Positions 1 through 13,519 of a stretch of 64,000 nt of DNA are shown here, in pieces. Under the pieces are notes generated by a model, which did no database searches, was not told the origin of the DNA, and saw only the letters and a list, made by a program, of their open reading frames with translations. This stretch comes from Eledone cirrhosa (taxonomy: Eukaryota). The stretch lies in the NCBI GenBank assembly GCA_964016885.1, contig OZ024742.1, positions 142,042,001 to 142,106,000 of the forward strand, written 5' to 3'. Made by a program: the position numbers and the translations under genes. Position 1 is the first letter of the stretch. Each line of letters begins with the position of its first letter.

Positions 1-1499
1 GAAAAGAGAGTGAGGGAGAAAATGAGACAGAACTCTAAAGGATGAATCGACCCAGTAGTGGACTGGTAATTTTTTTTATCGACTTTGAACTCAGTGGAAT
101 TTGAACTCAGAGCACAGAGAGCTGGAACGAATAACGCAACTCATTCTACCCAACATTCTAACAGCTTTCTCTCCATCAGAATAGAGGATGTACCAAATAA
201 ATAATTTGCCGCCCAGGAGATGGACATGCTGCAGTTTTAACAAGTGTTATTTTAAAACTTTTCCGGAAATTATCTCTTTTTTTCTCTCGGTATTTTTATT
301 ATAAGCTACAGTAGAAGAATAGCACATGTAGCTATATCTATATATTAATAACATATTATTTCCATAAATATACCATTTGGTAAATAAATAATGAAAAACT
401 GTATTTTGTGACGAGTAGTAGTATAAGGGTGACTGCTTCCTGAAAACACAACCCCGGAGTAATGAAATTGTGTAATAGTTACTCGGTTGAAAACGTATTC
501 AATAAATATACTGTGACATTTAGATTGTATGTTTTATTTTTGGTTTTTCGTGCCTCAAATTTCCAATATTTCATTGTTTATCATAATGTATTGTGCGAAC
601 ATTATGAAAATGACATATGGTGGTGTACTGTAGTTGACCAAGCGTAATATTTTAGAATACTAGACTGCAACCATATTTATCATTCAGCATCATCTATAGC
701 ACGTAGAAAATAACATTAAAACTGTTCGTAAAATAGGCAAAAGCTTCATTATAAATTCACATTGTGGGGTGATTATGTGGAAACTGGTATAGAGTAGAAT
801 GCATATAATAGCAAATGTAGGTCCTAAATAACAAGTTGAGAACGATGACATTAATAAATTCGACGGGTGTCTGTTTACATTTCTTAATCTGAATTTCTTT
901 TTATCAACCACCTTTTCTTCTTTCTGTTTGTATTTAATTCTAGGTGTGTTGATATTTAAATACATTTATGTTAAGCAGTGTCCAACTCTTGTTCAACTGT
1001 TTGGTTTTTATTTTATTTTACTAAAACTGCGAACACTTTCAAAACATAATATTTTGACATTATCAGAAAACAACGGTTTCTTTTATACGTATGTTATTAC
1101 ATCTACTTTACTCCTTCCCCGTAATAAGTAACCTTGCTGAATTATACTATTAATAATATTAACAATCCACATTATAATATCGGATATTACTTTTGTTGAT
1201 GTTGTTGTTTTTGTATCATTGGGAAATGAATAAACATCATAGAATCTGATTTCTCTTTAGGGGCTTGGCATCATGATTTTGCAAATAACAATTTCCAACA
1301 CAATGCCTGTGGAAAGGTGAGGAGGGGGGTGGTCAATTATACATCGGTATTTCATATTATCGACTTAGAAGACTAAAAATCAAGTTTGACACCGGCGAGG
1401 TTTGAACTCAGTACGTAAGGATTCTGAATAACAGCAGTATGAGATTTTATCTGACGCTCTGACCATTCTGTCAATCTACAAATCGTATTATAATTGCTT

Positions 1500-1700
1500 C
1501 TAACATAGGCACAAGGCCAGCAATTTGGAGAGCCAGGAGCAGTTGATTGTATACCGACTCCAGTACTGGCACTTTAGTTTACGACCATGGAAGTATGAAA
1601 GACAAATTTGACCTTCATGAGACTTGAACTCAAAACATAGATAGCCGAAACAAATACTGCAAGGCATTTTATCAGACGCGCCAATGATTCTGACAGTCGA
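1500..1700 (-). mobile_element. tRNA-derived SINE family A, diverged copy (other diverged copies at ~35-170, 1310-1470, 3005-3220 and 10870-11055 on -, and 2388-2560 and 3600-3750 on +)
   Basis: Reverse complement of the family A consensus seen at 40148-40338 (ggcacaaggccagcaatt ... ttgaactca). Confidence 0.7.
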
Positions 1701-4700
1701 GTATCCCATGGTTTGTCAATAATATTGTCAGTTATTGAGTATAGCTAAGTAGCTAAGAGACGACGTGACTCATAAATTCAGTGTAGAGATTATGCAAGTC
1801 AATATATTTATATGTATGAATGAATTAATATTACAATTGAGAACAGAATTCCACTGAATAATAATATGATGAAAGATTGACAGAAGAAAATAGAAAAACA
1901 ACAACAAAGGCAACAACAAAAATAAAGAGAACAAAATACTTTCATCAGAAAAGCAAATATTTACACGTTTAATATTTCGAACAACGACAAAAGTTTAATC
2001 ATGACACCTAACATAGTGACACGATGAATAATATTTAATATGAATACGAATTCATTGGCACGATGTCTTTCTCATACTCTCTCTTATATTTTGGTTTTGC
2101 TTTTTATTTTATTATTAATAACGAATCGAAACCACAAACTCATGTAGCGAATATGAAAATAGATGTTAATTTTAATATTATTAAATACGAAATATTTCTC
2201 CTTCATTTCAGTTGCTTACGAAACTACAGAAAGCTTAAATATGATTATATGAATAACGTACCAGGTTATGGAAATACTGTTTGGAATGGATTGCTTTATG
2301 TTACAAACAAGCAAACAAACAAACCATATAAGAATTGTTGGACACAACACTTGCATAGTTTTATACACTAGCTATAACCGACAATAGGGCGGTAGATTGG
2401 CAGTATCGCTACAGCAGCAGACAAAAATGTTTTATGACATTTAGTTACGACTTTCTACATTCTGAGTTCAAATCTATCGCAGTCATTCCGAGATCGATAA
2501 AATAAAATACCAGTTAAGTAGCAGTGTCTATATAATCGACTTTGCTAGTCTTATGAGAATGCTAGAAAGAATTATAACTGATAATATATCATAGTAATTT
2601 GCTTTTTGTGGTGAAGGAAAATAGCAGAGATTACTTGTAACTAATAATGTATTTGATTACAAGGCAAAGAAAATTTCGATGTTGTTTTTCAAAACATAAT
2701 TTCAAAATGAAAAATTTAGCGGTGAGGGGGGATATTTCAATGCAGCCATGAAATTAGTATGTTCCCATTGAGAAGATTATGACATGAAATACAAAAGGAA
2801 AGAAATCGATCGTCAGATCGGACCAAGGAAATTATTTTTCTGTTGATATTTTCTGTCAGTTGCATCTCCCAACAGCGTCTCCACTTTCCGGTGACAGGAA
2901 ACAGGACTTGAACGCACAATGCCACCTAAGCAGATAAATGCTAAGCATTCCATCCGACGCTTTAACACTTCCGCCAGTCAAATTCTCTTCGACAGGTAAT
3001 TTGTATATCGACCCTGAAAGGATGAAAAATAAAATTGAATTCTGCGTGATTTGAACTCGGAACAGTGAGCCGAAACAAATACCGTCAGATAACTCATCCC
3101 TGGCCTATCATCTTGCACTGGTACCTTATTTTATCAACCCCGAGGATTAAAGCATAATTGGCCTCGACGGGATTTAAACTCAGAACACATTGAGTTGGAA
3201 CAACGCTATTGCCAATTCATCGCTTATGTTATTTTCCATTATAAGGATTATTAGATGTTTATGTAAAATATCAAATCAGTTATTCCCCGAAACTGCTTTG
3301 TTCGGGGATCATAAATTCCCTGATAATCACTCTGGATAATTACATAAATCAAACACTATGTCCCAAGTCCAGAGGCTTATCAGCGTGGAGCTTATCTCAG
3401 TTTTCTTAGCGTTAAGCGACTAAGAGTAGAAGACTATTCTCAGTCTGTCGCAGAGTTAACTGCGATAACGTGTATTGAAGAGACTTACTCAAAGACACAC
3501 CGCACCGTTCACTCAGAGAATCGTTTCCTTTCCCTTTAACACCACTGTCACCTGACATGCATGTGTATATGTAGTGTTCAATTAAGTTCTTTCTGGTATT
3601 TATTCCGGCTTCTTCCAGTCTGAATTCTGCTGAGTTCAACATTGCCTTTTATCATCTCGAAGTCGAGCCCAGTCAAATACATAGGGGATTTTTACCGTCT
3701 AACCCCTACCATTTATTTCTATGACCTTATGCCTATGTTAGAAATTTTTTTAATCACTTGAAACAACTTTCGCTTTAAATATGTTTTCTGTGTTGCATAT
3801 TTCAAAAAATTGTTCTATCTCCAGTACATAATCTCGACTGAGTCGAAAACTATTAAAAACTGCCTCACTATATTTAAAATATAACTGTATCATTTATTGA
3901 ATCTTATATTTGTATACTTAGTTTACTTAAAAATAACTAAAGTGTATGTTAATTGAGATAGGTTGTTATTAAGAATGTAACCCATATTGTAACTGTATGC
4001 TTCAGAAATTATTTATAATGGGATTTACCAATATGTTTATTACTTAGTAAAATTGCATTTGTATGTTGCAGCCAGTGCGCGCGCTCGCATGAACAGAGCG
4101 AAAACACCGTTTAGTTTCATGATATTAATTTCTAGCGAATCGTTTGATAGTTGTAAACGAATTCATATATGTGTATTCATATATAAATGTATGTTCGCAT
4201 ATAAATGCGTGCATGCATTAATAGCTATTAATTGGCGAAAAGATATAGAAATAGATTAAGGATGTAAATTTAATAATTTTGTATTTTGTTGTTTATATTT
4301 TGAAATTATCTTAATAATGGCGACCTCAAGCCAGAGGAAATTAAATACATATTCTCTAAATGTTCTCTTTAAAATGGGAAATGCTATGAATGTTCTCTAT
4401 ATAGTTATGCATAAAGTATTTTTGAAAAGATGTTATTACATTATTTATTAATTCATATGCTGCTATGAATGCATAGTCCATTTACATAGTTAAATTATAT
4501 TATTCCTGATCTCTCTATTTCGTAAAATTAAATTTTTCCTAGTGGAAATCCATTTGCACTATTAAATCACATTGTCATTATGGTATTAAAGGAAGCATAT
4601 CAAGTAAGGATAGCGACATGTGATGGGATGTAAAGAGCAAAGGAAACATTTTATCGTGCTGTTGCGTGACATATAATATGAAATGAAAATATGAAAAGAC

Positions 4701-5519
4701 TTCGACAATCCATATATATATTTATAACTATAATGTGGTGCAATTTATTATTACATTTATTATATTATTTTTACATCGTCGCCTATGAATATTCTATAGG
4801 AATTTGCTTCCAGTGAACTTCTTAGGGCCTTTGTCGATCCACAAGAATTCTGAAGATCGATATTTAATCTCTAGTTTAAATAGATGAAAGAGGAACGTAG
4901 AAAAAGACTTAGAAATACTGATAAATGCAATCGTTTCTGAAATATTACATCATTTCAGATTATTTCCACCACCTTCAGATTATGCCTCCTCTTCCTTCAA
5001 CTCCTAATAGAACAAGCCAATGATGTGCTTCTTCTATTAGGAGAAAGTGTTCACTCTACCTAATAGAAATAGTAGCTACATCTCCTTCAATTCATAGACT
5101 ACTGTCTTTAAAAGACAGAAAGTCACATAAGAAAATGTATCATACTATCCTTAAATGACAGGAGCGTGAAAGCTAGAATGACTTTGATCAGTGTTGGCCT
5201 GGGGCTAAACAATAATAACACCAAGGAAAACAACTCCCCATAGAAAATACAGTTCATCTATATTTTGTATTAGGTAAAACTTTATCCAAAGTTCGTCCTT
5301 TGGAAAATACAGTATATCTATATAAATTAAATAGTAAATGGATGCCGCATATGTTTTGACAATGAGTATTCCAGTTGTTAGATTTGGGAAAATAGCAGCC
5401 CATTGAATTATAGAATAAGTTGTTAAGTATTCCATAGAATCTTTTACAATTAACGTAATCCATAGTAAGAATCAGAGTCACTCTGTGTGACATGGCCGGA
5501 TCTTTGTACAATCCAGCTA

Positions 5520-5680
5520 ATGGGTTTCTGCACAGTTTCCATGTATCCAGATTCTCTCAAAATGTTTGATTCGATTATAGTAAAAAAAACCTGGTTCAAG
5601 GTGCCACGTAATAGGATCAAACCGAAAGTCGCATAATTGCCAAGCTAGATTCATATCTGTTTGACCATGTCTGTGCCAAT
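5520..5680 (-). mobile_element. CORE-type tRNA SINE family C (other copies ~35040-35190 and ~61908-62060, all -)
   Basis: Shared 'ggtttct.cacagtttcc.tgt..caaattc..tcacaaggcattggtc...tatagtagaaga..cttgcccaagg' block in three copies; reverse complement has A/B-box-like head and CORE-like ccttgggcaag. Confidence 0.6.
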
Positions 5681-6382
5681 CAATATAACTTTAAAAACAC
5701 TTATGAAATATTAAGTAATACTGCACTATCACTGACCTAGACAATTTTGTGGCGAGATTACATTAATTAATTAAAACGATGTCAGTGTTTGACATTTCAC
5801 TTAGTCTCGCGCTCATAAGATTTTGCCAATGTGGTTTTAGGATAGATTTTTATAAGACAAAAACAATAAATGAATGAGTATCGTTTTACTTATTTAGTTA
5901 GTCGCGTGAAGTTATTAATTATTTGTATGTGTCCAATTTAGAATATGCCTACACTGTATCCCAGAATAGGCATCCAGTCGTAATACATTGCCTCAAAAAG
6001 GAGGCTATGGTGAGTATGAAAGCTATCATGGAACCCACAAGGTTAACTTCTGCTTTAGCTAGAGTAATGTCCTTAAAACGCTTGTTGTGTGTTGGTAGTC
6101 AGGCAAAGTTATTAGAATATAATAAAAGTGAAATATTAGTTCAGGTCAAATAAAGTTCTTGTGAAAATACCTATTATACTTATCGTAGATATTTCATGCA
6201 ATGTCTAAGAAATGAGTAAGTAGTACTAATGACTGAAATAGAATATGTCGAGTTAATGATGATCTATTTATTAAGGAAGCAGAATAAGGTCTAGAAAGTA
6301 GATTAAGAAAAATCAAGAACAATTAATTATTGTCTTAAGTAGGTAATGTTACGGAAGCGAGGTATTAATAGAAGATTAATAA

Positions 6383-8304
6383 CACTGTTCCCTGATTCTA
6401 AGTAGCATTTCCTGGTTTGTTATATCCCATTATTATAAGAAAATACTATCATTTAATCAAAAGTTTGGGTTTGTGGTCAGGAGTTTGATATTTCGAAATT
6501 TTCATATTTTTCAAGAAAAAACACATTTTTTTTAAATTTATCAGTTCATATAATTAAATCAACAGAGTATATATTTATTTTATTACACAAGCTTATCAAA
6601 AGCAAACAAGTAAAAATAAATAACACTTATAAAGCAACTTATACACGTCAGAAATGACTGGATTTTCTGGATTTGCGGTTGTAGTCCTGGTCGCATTCCC
6701 GCACTAGCCCCCAGATATAGTCCCCCATCATTTTTTCATTGTAGTGGCCCTGGTACCTCCGCTCTATCTCTTTCACATCTTGGTGGAATCGTTCGCCTTG
6801 TTCTTCTAAGTAGGCGCCCATATTGTCCTTGAATCTTTTCAGGTGAGCGTCCAGCATATGGAGTTTAAGCGACATCCTGCATCCCATGGCGCCAAAAGCC
6901 TTTATCAGATCCTGCACCAGTTGCTGGTAGTTTTCAGCTCTGTAGTTGCCCAGGAAGCCCTTAACAACTGCCTTGAAACAGTTCCATGCTGTTCTCTCAA
7001 TCCTATTGAGCTTATTGGAGAACTCGGTAGACTCAAACACCTTTGATTTTGGCCTCAGATAACTTGGGGAAGAACTCAAGAAGGTACTTAAAAGCGGCTG
7101 ATTCTTGGTTGAGAGCCTTCACAAACTGCTTCATCAACCCCAACTTAATGTGCAGTGGCGGCATGAGCACAATCCTGGGATCAACCAGTGGCTCCCACAT
7201 GACGTTTCGGGTCCCAACTACAAATTCTGTTCGTTGCTCCCAGTTCTTTCTTTTGTAGTGGTCAGAGGTGGCTCTGCTGTCCCAAAGGCAGAGGAAGCAC
7301 TGGAATTTGATAAAGCCTCCTTTGAGTCCAAGCAGGAAAGCCACCATCTTGAAGTCTCCAATGATTTCCCAATTGTACTAGTTGTATTGCAGAGCTTCCA
7401 AGAGGACTTTCACACTGTAGTAATCTTCGTTCAGGATGACTGAATGAGCTAGGGGCAGTGTCGGGAACTTGTTTCCATTGTGGAGGAGGACAGCCTTCAA
7501 ACTTGTGGTGCAGCTGTCTATAAATAGCTGCCACTCCTTGGGCATAAACGACACCCCAATAACGTCAAACAGTCCAGGCACGTCATGGCAAAAGCAGAGG
7601 CCATCCCTAAGAGTGTAAAAGCCTAAGAAAGGTTCGTGTTGACTTCTCTGACCTGTCACCTGCACTTCCTCCTTGACCAAGTTCCACTGCTTCATTCTGC
7701 AGACGAATAGCTCTGCATTGGACTTGGTCAGACCCATATGCCTGACCAAGTCATTGACTTCTTTTTGGTTTGGGAAGTGAGGAACTTTTTCTGGTACCTC
7801 AGGCAGGTAATCCAAGTCCTCAGCATCCATCTGCTCCTCTTCATCAGAATACTTGTCTTGGACTTCATCTGGAGCAGGTGGCACTGGCACGTGATATTTG
7901 GAGCAGTGAGGAATTGTAGCAATTGATGATGGAAGATCTGAATAATCTACATCAGCAACATTCTTTCCTTTCCGCCGCCTGCTAACATCCACCATGCAAA
8001 AAAAGCAGTTTTTAACAATTTTATACTTTATTGAACTTTTATAATTTTCTTTAGGTATTACTCTTTATTTTATCATTTTAATTTAACCTGAAACATATAT
8101 TTAAAAATTCATTTAAAATAAGCAAATTAAGCGTACATACAACGTAAAATCCAGCATACAAATAATTCTAGTGAATAGTTTAGAATTTTTACAAACCCAA
8201 ACTTTTAACTGTTTGATAGCACTTTTTTATTTTGGACCTAAGCAACACAAAAGAAGTGATTACAAGCCAGGAACAGAGAAACATTATATTTTTGTTACAC
8301 GGTG
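6383..8304 (-). mobile_element. Chapaev3-like (CMC superfamily) DNA transposon, internally deleted
   Basis: Starts CACTG and ends CGGTG; imperfect subterminal inverted similarity (ttcctgg.ttgt, ctatca, aaaagtttgggtttgt at ~6458-6473 vs its complement at ~8191-8206); encloses transposase fragments. Confidence 0.7.
6648..8015 (-). pseudogene. Frameshifted Chapaev3-type transposase
   Basis: ORFs 7378-7995, 7033-7347 and 6648-7079 carry the motifs CFFC, LFIDS..SLKAVLLHNGN, CFLCLWDSRA, PPLHIKLGLMKQFVKAL, MSLKLHMLDAHL and EQGERFHQD in three frames. Confidence 0.8.
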
Positions 8305-8405
8305 ACGATGATTTATTAGAATAGATTTTTTTTTTTAAACGAATAAAAATAAGAAACTTGTATTTCAAAAAGTTGTATACACGCACACATACATACATGC
8401 ATACA

Positions 8406-8576
8406 TACATCCACACATACAATAACATCCATACCTACACATGCATGCATGCAAACATGCATGCATATCTACCTAGTTGATGTTGCGTAAGTTCCAATGA
8501 GAGAGTCTTGTAACTATGTTAGAAACCGACTCTCATTCTATTGGCTAAAATTTGTGAAATTATAAAAGTAGAAGAA
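8406..8576 (+). mobile_element. Hairpin-containing retroelement 3' end followed by (CATA)n; second copy at 53750-53906
   Basis: Two near-identical copies 45 kb apart: ctacctagttgatgtt...ccaatgagagagtc...gactctc...tattgg...agaagaa, followed by cata repeats. Confidence 0.65.
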
Positions 8577-8579
8577 CAT

Positions 8580-8587
8580 ACATATAT

Positions 8588-8657
<70 letters not shown>

Positions 8658-8955
8658 ATATAAATGTATATATATATATATATGTGTGTGTGTATATAAA
8701 TGTATATATATATATATGTGTGTGTGTATATAAATGTATATATATATATGTGTGTGTGTGTATATATATGTATATATATATATGTGTGTGTGTATATATA
8801 TGTATATATATATATGTGTGTGTGTATATATATGTATATATATATATATATATATAATATATATATATATATACATATATATGTATATATATATATATAT
8901 GTGTGTGTGTATATATATGTATATATATATATATATATAATATATATATATACAT
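8580..8955. repeat. (TA)n/(TG)n compound microsatellite
   Basis: Direct inspection. Confidence 0.95.
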
Positions 8956-8964
8956 ATAAAGGAA

Positions 8965-9085
8965 ATGATTTTCCAGATTGAATCAACTGGTCTTTCCCTC
9001 GCTGATACCTCTTGTTGGTCATAGTTCCAGAACAACGCAAGGCATCTTGTCTGGGGCTTTAATAATTCTACCAATCCACCTCCAA
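8965..9085 (-). pseudogene. Possible RTE-clade LINE C-terminal remnant
   Basis: Minus-strand frames give [17 protein letters not shown].. and ..RERP..SIW, loosely matching the RTE W.GH.LR....P...L.W...G.R.RGRP...W tail. Confidence 0.35.
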
Positions 9086-9115
9086 TGTGATCTTGGTTAA
9101 TGTTACGTATTGTTA

Positions 9116-10326
9116 TCTTTATATATATAAAATTAAGTATGTGTGTGTGTTTGTGTATTACCTATAGGGGCCTACATCTTACGACCGATTTTCATGAAAC
9201 TTTACAGGCTTATAGATTAGTCATCGGGGAGTGTTTTCTATATATCAGTGTATCGTTTTTCTATTCTGCAGATAAAAATCATTCTGCAGAGAAAAATCAT
9301 TCTTCAGATAAAAATCGATAGGGGGTCGCCTTTTTTTAGGTATGAGAAAAATAAGATTTTTGGCTCTAGTTCCCACATTTTGCCACCGATTTCGTTCAAA
9401 TTTTAAAGCAAAATAGAATATATCATTGCACATCCTGTAATGGCTTTATATTTTGCATATGTTGTTCAGGGACGGCGTGGAAGCCGCTTAAATATTCAAA
9501 AAGACCACTTTTAGACTTAAATTTTCACTTTTTCGGCTCTAGCTCCCACATTAATCAACCTACTTTGTTCAAATTTTACACTACGCTAGATCTGATTATT
9601 TCACGTCTTAAAGTGGCTTTACATTTTTAATTTTTTGTTCAGGAACGGCGTGGCAGCCGCTTATATATTCGAAAATACCACCTTTTCCCTCAAATTTCCG
9701 CCTTTTCGGCTCTAGCTCCCACATTTTTCAACCGATTTCGTTCAAATTCGAAACTTCGGCTCCACCTCACACATAAATCAATTTATTTGGTTCAACTTTT
9801 ATACTACGATAGAACCTATCATTGCACATCTTATAGTAGCTTTACACTCTGCATTTTTTGTTCAGGGACGGCGTGGCAGCCGTTTAACTCTTCAAAATAC
9901 GATTTTTTCAACCTTTCCACATATTCCATACGATTTCACTCAACATTTCGCCATTTGCTACACCTTACGACCCATTTTCAAGAAACTCGCCAGCTCATGA
10001 ATTTCTAACCGGCTCTTGGTGTAAGGCAAAACGATGGCCACTGACGTCGTCTGAGCTTTTAGTTGTGTATTTGAGAATTCATCGGTTTCCAATGAAGTAG
10101 CGTGAGGAAATTTGGCTTAGTGTTAGAGGTCATTACCTCCCTCCCCCAGTATGCCCCTTCGCCAGTCACCCGCGTTTCTCAGTTATAGAGGTCATCACCA
10201 CCCTCCCCCTCATGGCCTGTGTGTGGCCATAGATGAGTCATCGAGAAGCAGTCGCTAAGATCAACACCTTTTCATCAAAGCAGATATTATTTTACCTACC
10301 CAGGCAACGCTTGGTACTGCTGCTAG
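9116..10326 (+). mobile_element. Non-autonomous Helitron
   Basis: 5' A|TCTTTATATATATAAA; 3' subterminal hairpin ccaggc-aac-gcttgg then CTAG|T; inserted between A and T without TSD; internal ~174-bp tandem units (ggctctag.tcccacatt... at ~9362, 9535, 9708). Confidence 0.85.
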
Positions 10327-12973
10327 TTTGAATATAAGATTAAATCCAGTTTGAGCTTAATAATGGTCAGATTAAATTACCCGCTGTTATCGAAACGAAT
10401 TGATGTATCTAAGAACTATAAGAGTGTGTGCTACTGAATTATACATTCTACAGAATTTTTTAGTTAGTTAAAGAGAAATAAACTACGTTGTGTGAGTGTC
10501 ATAAAATATTCTCAGTGTGCGAGATTATTGAACCATGCAAAATAAATTATGATTATATCAAGGTTTAACGGAAAAGAAGATCAAGCAGAACTGTGAAGAA
10601 ATAGGGAAACACCGTTAATTGATTACAGGGATTAGGTTTAGAGATGAATGAATAGTTCAAGTTGGAGGTATATTACAGTAATAATCTTAAATGTGAAAAT
10701 GAAAATTAACCAGATAGTGAAGTTAATTACAATATGGGGAGGAATGAAAGAAACCATTAATTTATAGAATGGATGGATGGATATAGGGATAGATGGAGTT
10801 GTAGGATTTAAACTTGGTGGACCCCATCACCTCGCCTAGCCTGAACACAATCGATTTCTTCCAGAAGAGAAGGTGAGAAAGAGATATAGATGAAGAATCG
10901 ACCTCAATACTGGACTGGTACTTTTTAAACGACCCCAAACGGATGAAAAGCAAAGTTGATCACGGTTGAATTTGATCTCAGAACGTTAGAGAGCCGACAC
11001 GAATATCGGAAAGCATTATATCCGACGTTCTAATGATTGTACCAATTCGCCACCAATAATAATTTGTTAGTTTGTGTTAATGGAGTCCCTGGGATGGTTT
11101 GAAACTGACAAAATAATGGGGTCTCTATTCTAGTTAAAGGTTATTAAAAAAGAATTTTGGAAAATTGAAAACTTAATTTATATATAATTAAATGTGAAAC
11201 AAAAGTTAAAAAACTGAAAATATGTAAAGAAATTCTTGTAATACAGTACAAGTTAAAGAGTAAATATATCATTTTGCGTGCCTATTTCAGTGTCTGTTAT
11301 GTTTTACGAAATTAAACACTTTAATTAACAGCGGTTGAGTGATAAAGGAATAATACATATTCTAAATTAATTTAAACAATTCTTTTACATCTTGGGTGTT
11401 CTACCATAAAAGTAATGGTGATCTTCCTTAACATTAGGAATAATTTTGTTTAATAAATTTTTATTAATTAATTTAATTGATGGTCTGTAGACGAAATTAG
11501 AATTAGATTTTTCATAGTAAAGTAAGGTTGTTTAGATTATCGCGGTTCCTTTCTGTCATCTATATTCAAATCTGATGTAATCGTTTGTCCGATGTAAATG
11601 TATATCTTTCAGCGATGTATATTGGCGAAAAATGGACACATAGTCTATTAAACCAACAAACCAAATCTTTCATGCGAAAAGTACTTTAATATATTTGTTC
11701 TATCCGAGTCATACTGACAATCCATCATCACCTAGTCCATCGTAAATACAATGAACCAATGATTTACCTGTTGGAAACTTGTCAGAAAATTCACGATATA
11801 AAATATAATAAATTAATAAATAGTGTTTTATATGGATACTTATATATATTTCCTGTCTATATTGGAGTAACCATTTTCAGGTGCATTGATGTAAAATCTG
11901 TATATTTTAATGTATATGCTACAAAAGACAGATGTCTTAATCGCATCACTGTAGTATTTGAAAACTAAAATAATATATTATTTATATTTCACTTGACCAC
12001 CAAGTCTCCAACCGAGCTAGCCTATGAGGTAAAGTATTCCAGACATAAACATTTCGTCTTTTTAAATTCTCTTGAATTCTTTCCAGACGATTTGATTTGA
12101 AGGAGATTTGTCGCTATTTCTAGATATGTGTGTCGCTATTTCTAGATAGGTCCAGTAGAGTTAGTGCTCTTTTTTCTATTAGTCTGCATTCTATTTCTTC
12201 TGCTGCATGTGTAATGTATGAAATAGCAGAATGGTAGTTGTAAGTGATTTACATGAGGCAGAGGAGTTACGCTTAACTCGCATTCATTGGGTTAGAGCTA
12301 TTATATATTTCGCTAAAATTCTATGTATCTTTCTTGCCATTGATACAAATATATTGTTGCCCTTTCTTAATAAACAATTAGATGTTGCACAGATGGAGAT
12401 GAACCATGTAATTTAAACCCTTCGGTATTCTCCACACTAATTCTGATGCTGAAACAACATGGTGGCTTTTAATGTAATCATAAATGTCATCCGTCTTTGC
12501 TTTTTTGGTTCTCGCTAATTTGTTTCTCGCATGTGTTACGTGGACGTGGCTGTTACAATTACATATATGCTACGTTGCTATAGATACATTATAACAGTGA
12601 CATTATAACAGTGACATTGTAACAGTGTCTGTGACACGGACGTGACATTTAGAGCTACTACAATAACTAATATTGTATGTTGCTATAGTGACTGTTACAG
12701 TGACATGACATTCATGACTGTTACAATTACACATAATTCTATGTTGCTATTGTGATATTATAAGAGATTCTACGTTGCTATAGTGACTGTTACATAGATG
12801 TGATATTAAAATAGTGACTGTATTTTTTATATATAACAATTAGATATACTTCTACCTTATAATAGTGACATTGTAATAGTAACATTGTAATAGTGACATT
12901 GTTGTACTTACTGATATATTTCACTGGTCAGAGAGTTACTCATATTTCTACATCGTAATAGTGATTGAAGTGA

Positions 12974-13186
12974 AGGCGCGTGGCTGAGTGGTTAGAGAAT
13001 TGGATACACAATCGTGATGTTATGAGTTCGATTCCTGGACCGGGCGATACGTTATGTCCTTGGGCAAGACACTTTATTTCACGTTGCTCCTTCTACCTGG
13101 AGTTGCGACCGATAGATAATATTAGCAATTGGAAAGACCAACGGAAACATTGCTTCCTCGGTCCGCTTTGACGAAAGTCGATCGAC
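12974..13186 (+). mobile_element. CORE-type tRNA SINE family B with structured tail (5'-truncated copy 61515-61713; diverged copy ~2805-2930 on -)
   Basis: A box tggctgagtgg, B box gagttcgattcc, CORE-like gtccttgggcaagacacttta; tail nearly identical to 61620-61713. Confidence 0.8.
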
Positions 13187-13202
13187 TTATATAATATAAT
13201 AG

Positions 13203-13390
13203 ATGTTTCTACTTTAGGCACAAGGCCAGCAATTACTCAGTACATTACTGGTACTTTATTTTATCGACCCCGTAAGGATGAAAGGCAAAGTTAACCTCGG
13301 CGGGATTTGAACTCAGAATGGCAAGGGCCGTAACTCTATGCGTCAAAGCATGGTGACCGACCCTCTACCGATACTGCCAATCCACCACCC
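13203..13390 (-). mobile_element. tRNA-derived SINE family A, young full-length copy
   Basis: Reverse complement nearly identical to 40148-40338. Confidence 0.9.
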
Positions 13391-13519
13391 TTATATAATA
13401 TAATAGTGATTGTTATACATATGTGACATTTATGGCTATATTTACTATATATAACAGTTACGCATACTTCTACGAACGTGATATTTATTACTATATGTAC
13501 TACATATAAGAGTTGTACA

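Noticed and set aside
9340-9900. Regularly spaced repeats that could suggest a CRISPR array
   Set aside because: Whole ~174-bp units are homologous (no unique spacers), they lie inside a Helitron, and the context is eukaryotic.
11560-11775. Exon-like stretch after an acceptor-like ttccaacag on the minus strand
   Set aside because: Stops in all three frames and no recognisable domain.
12974-13045. tRNA gene candidates (also 37878-37950)
   Set aside because: Cloverleaf stems are broken and they continue into SINE bodies, so they are SINE heads.
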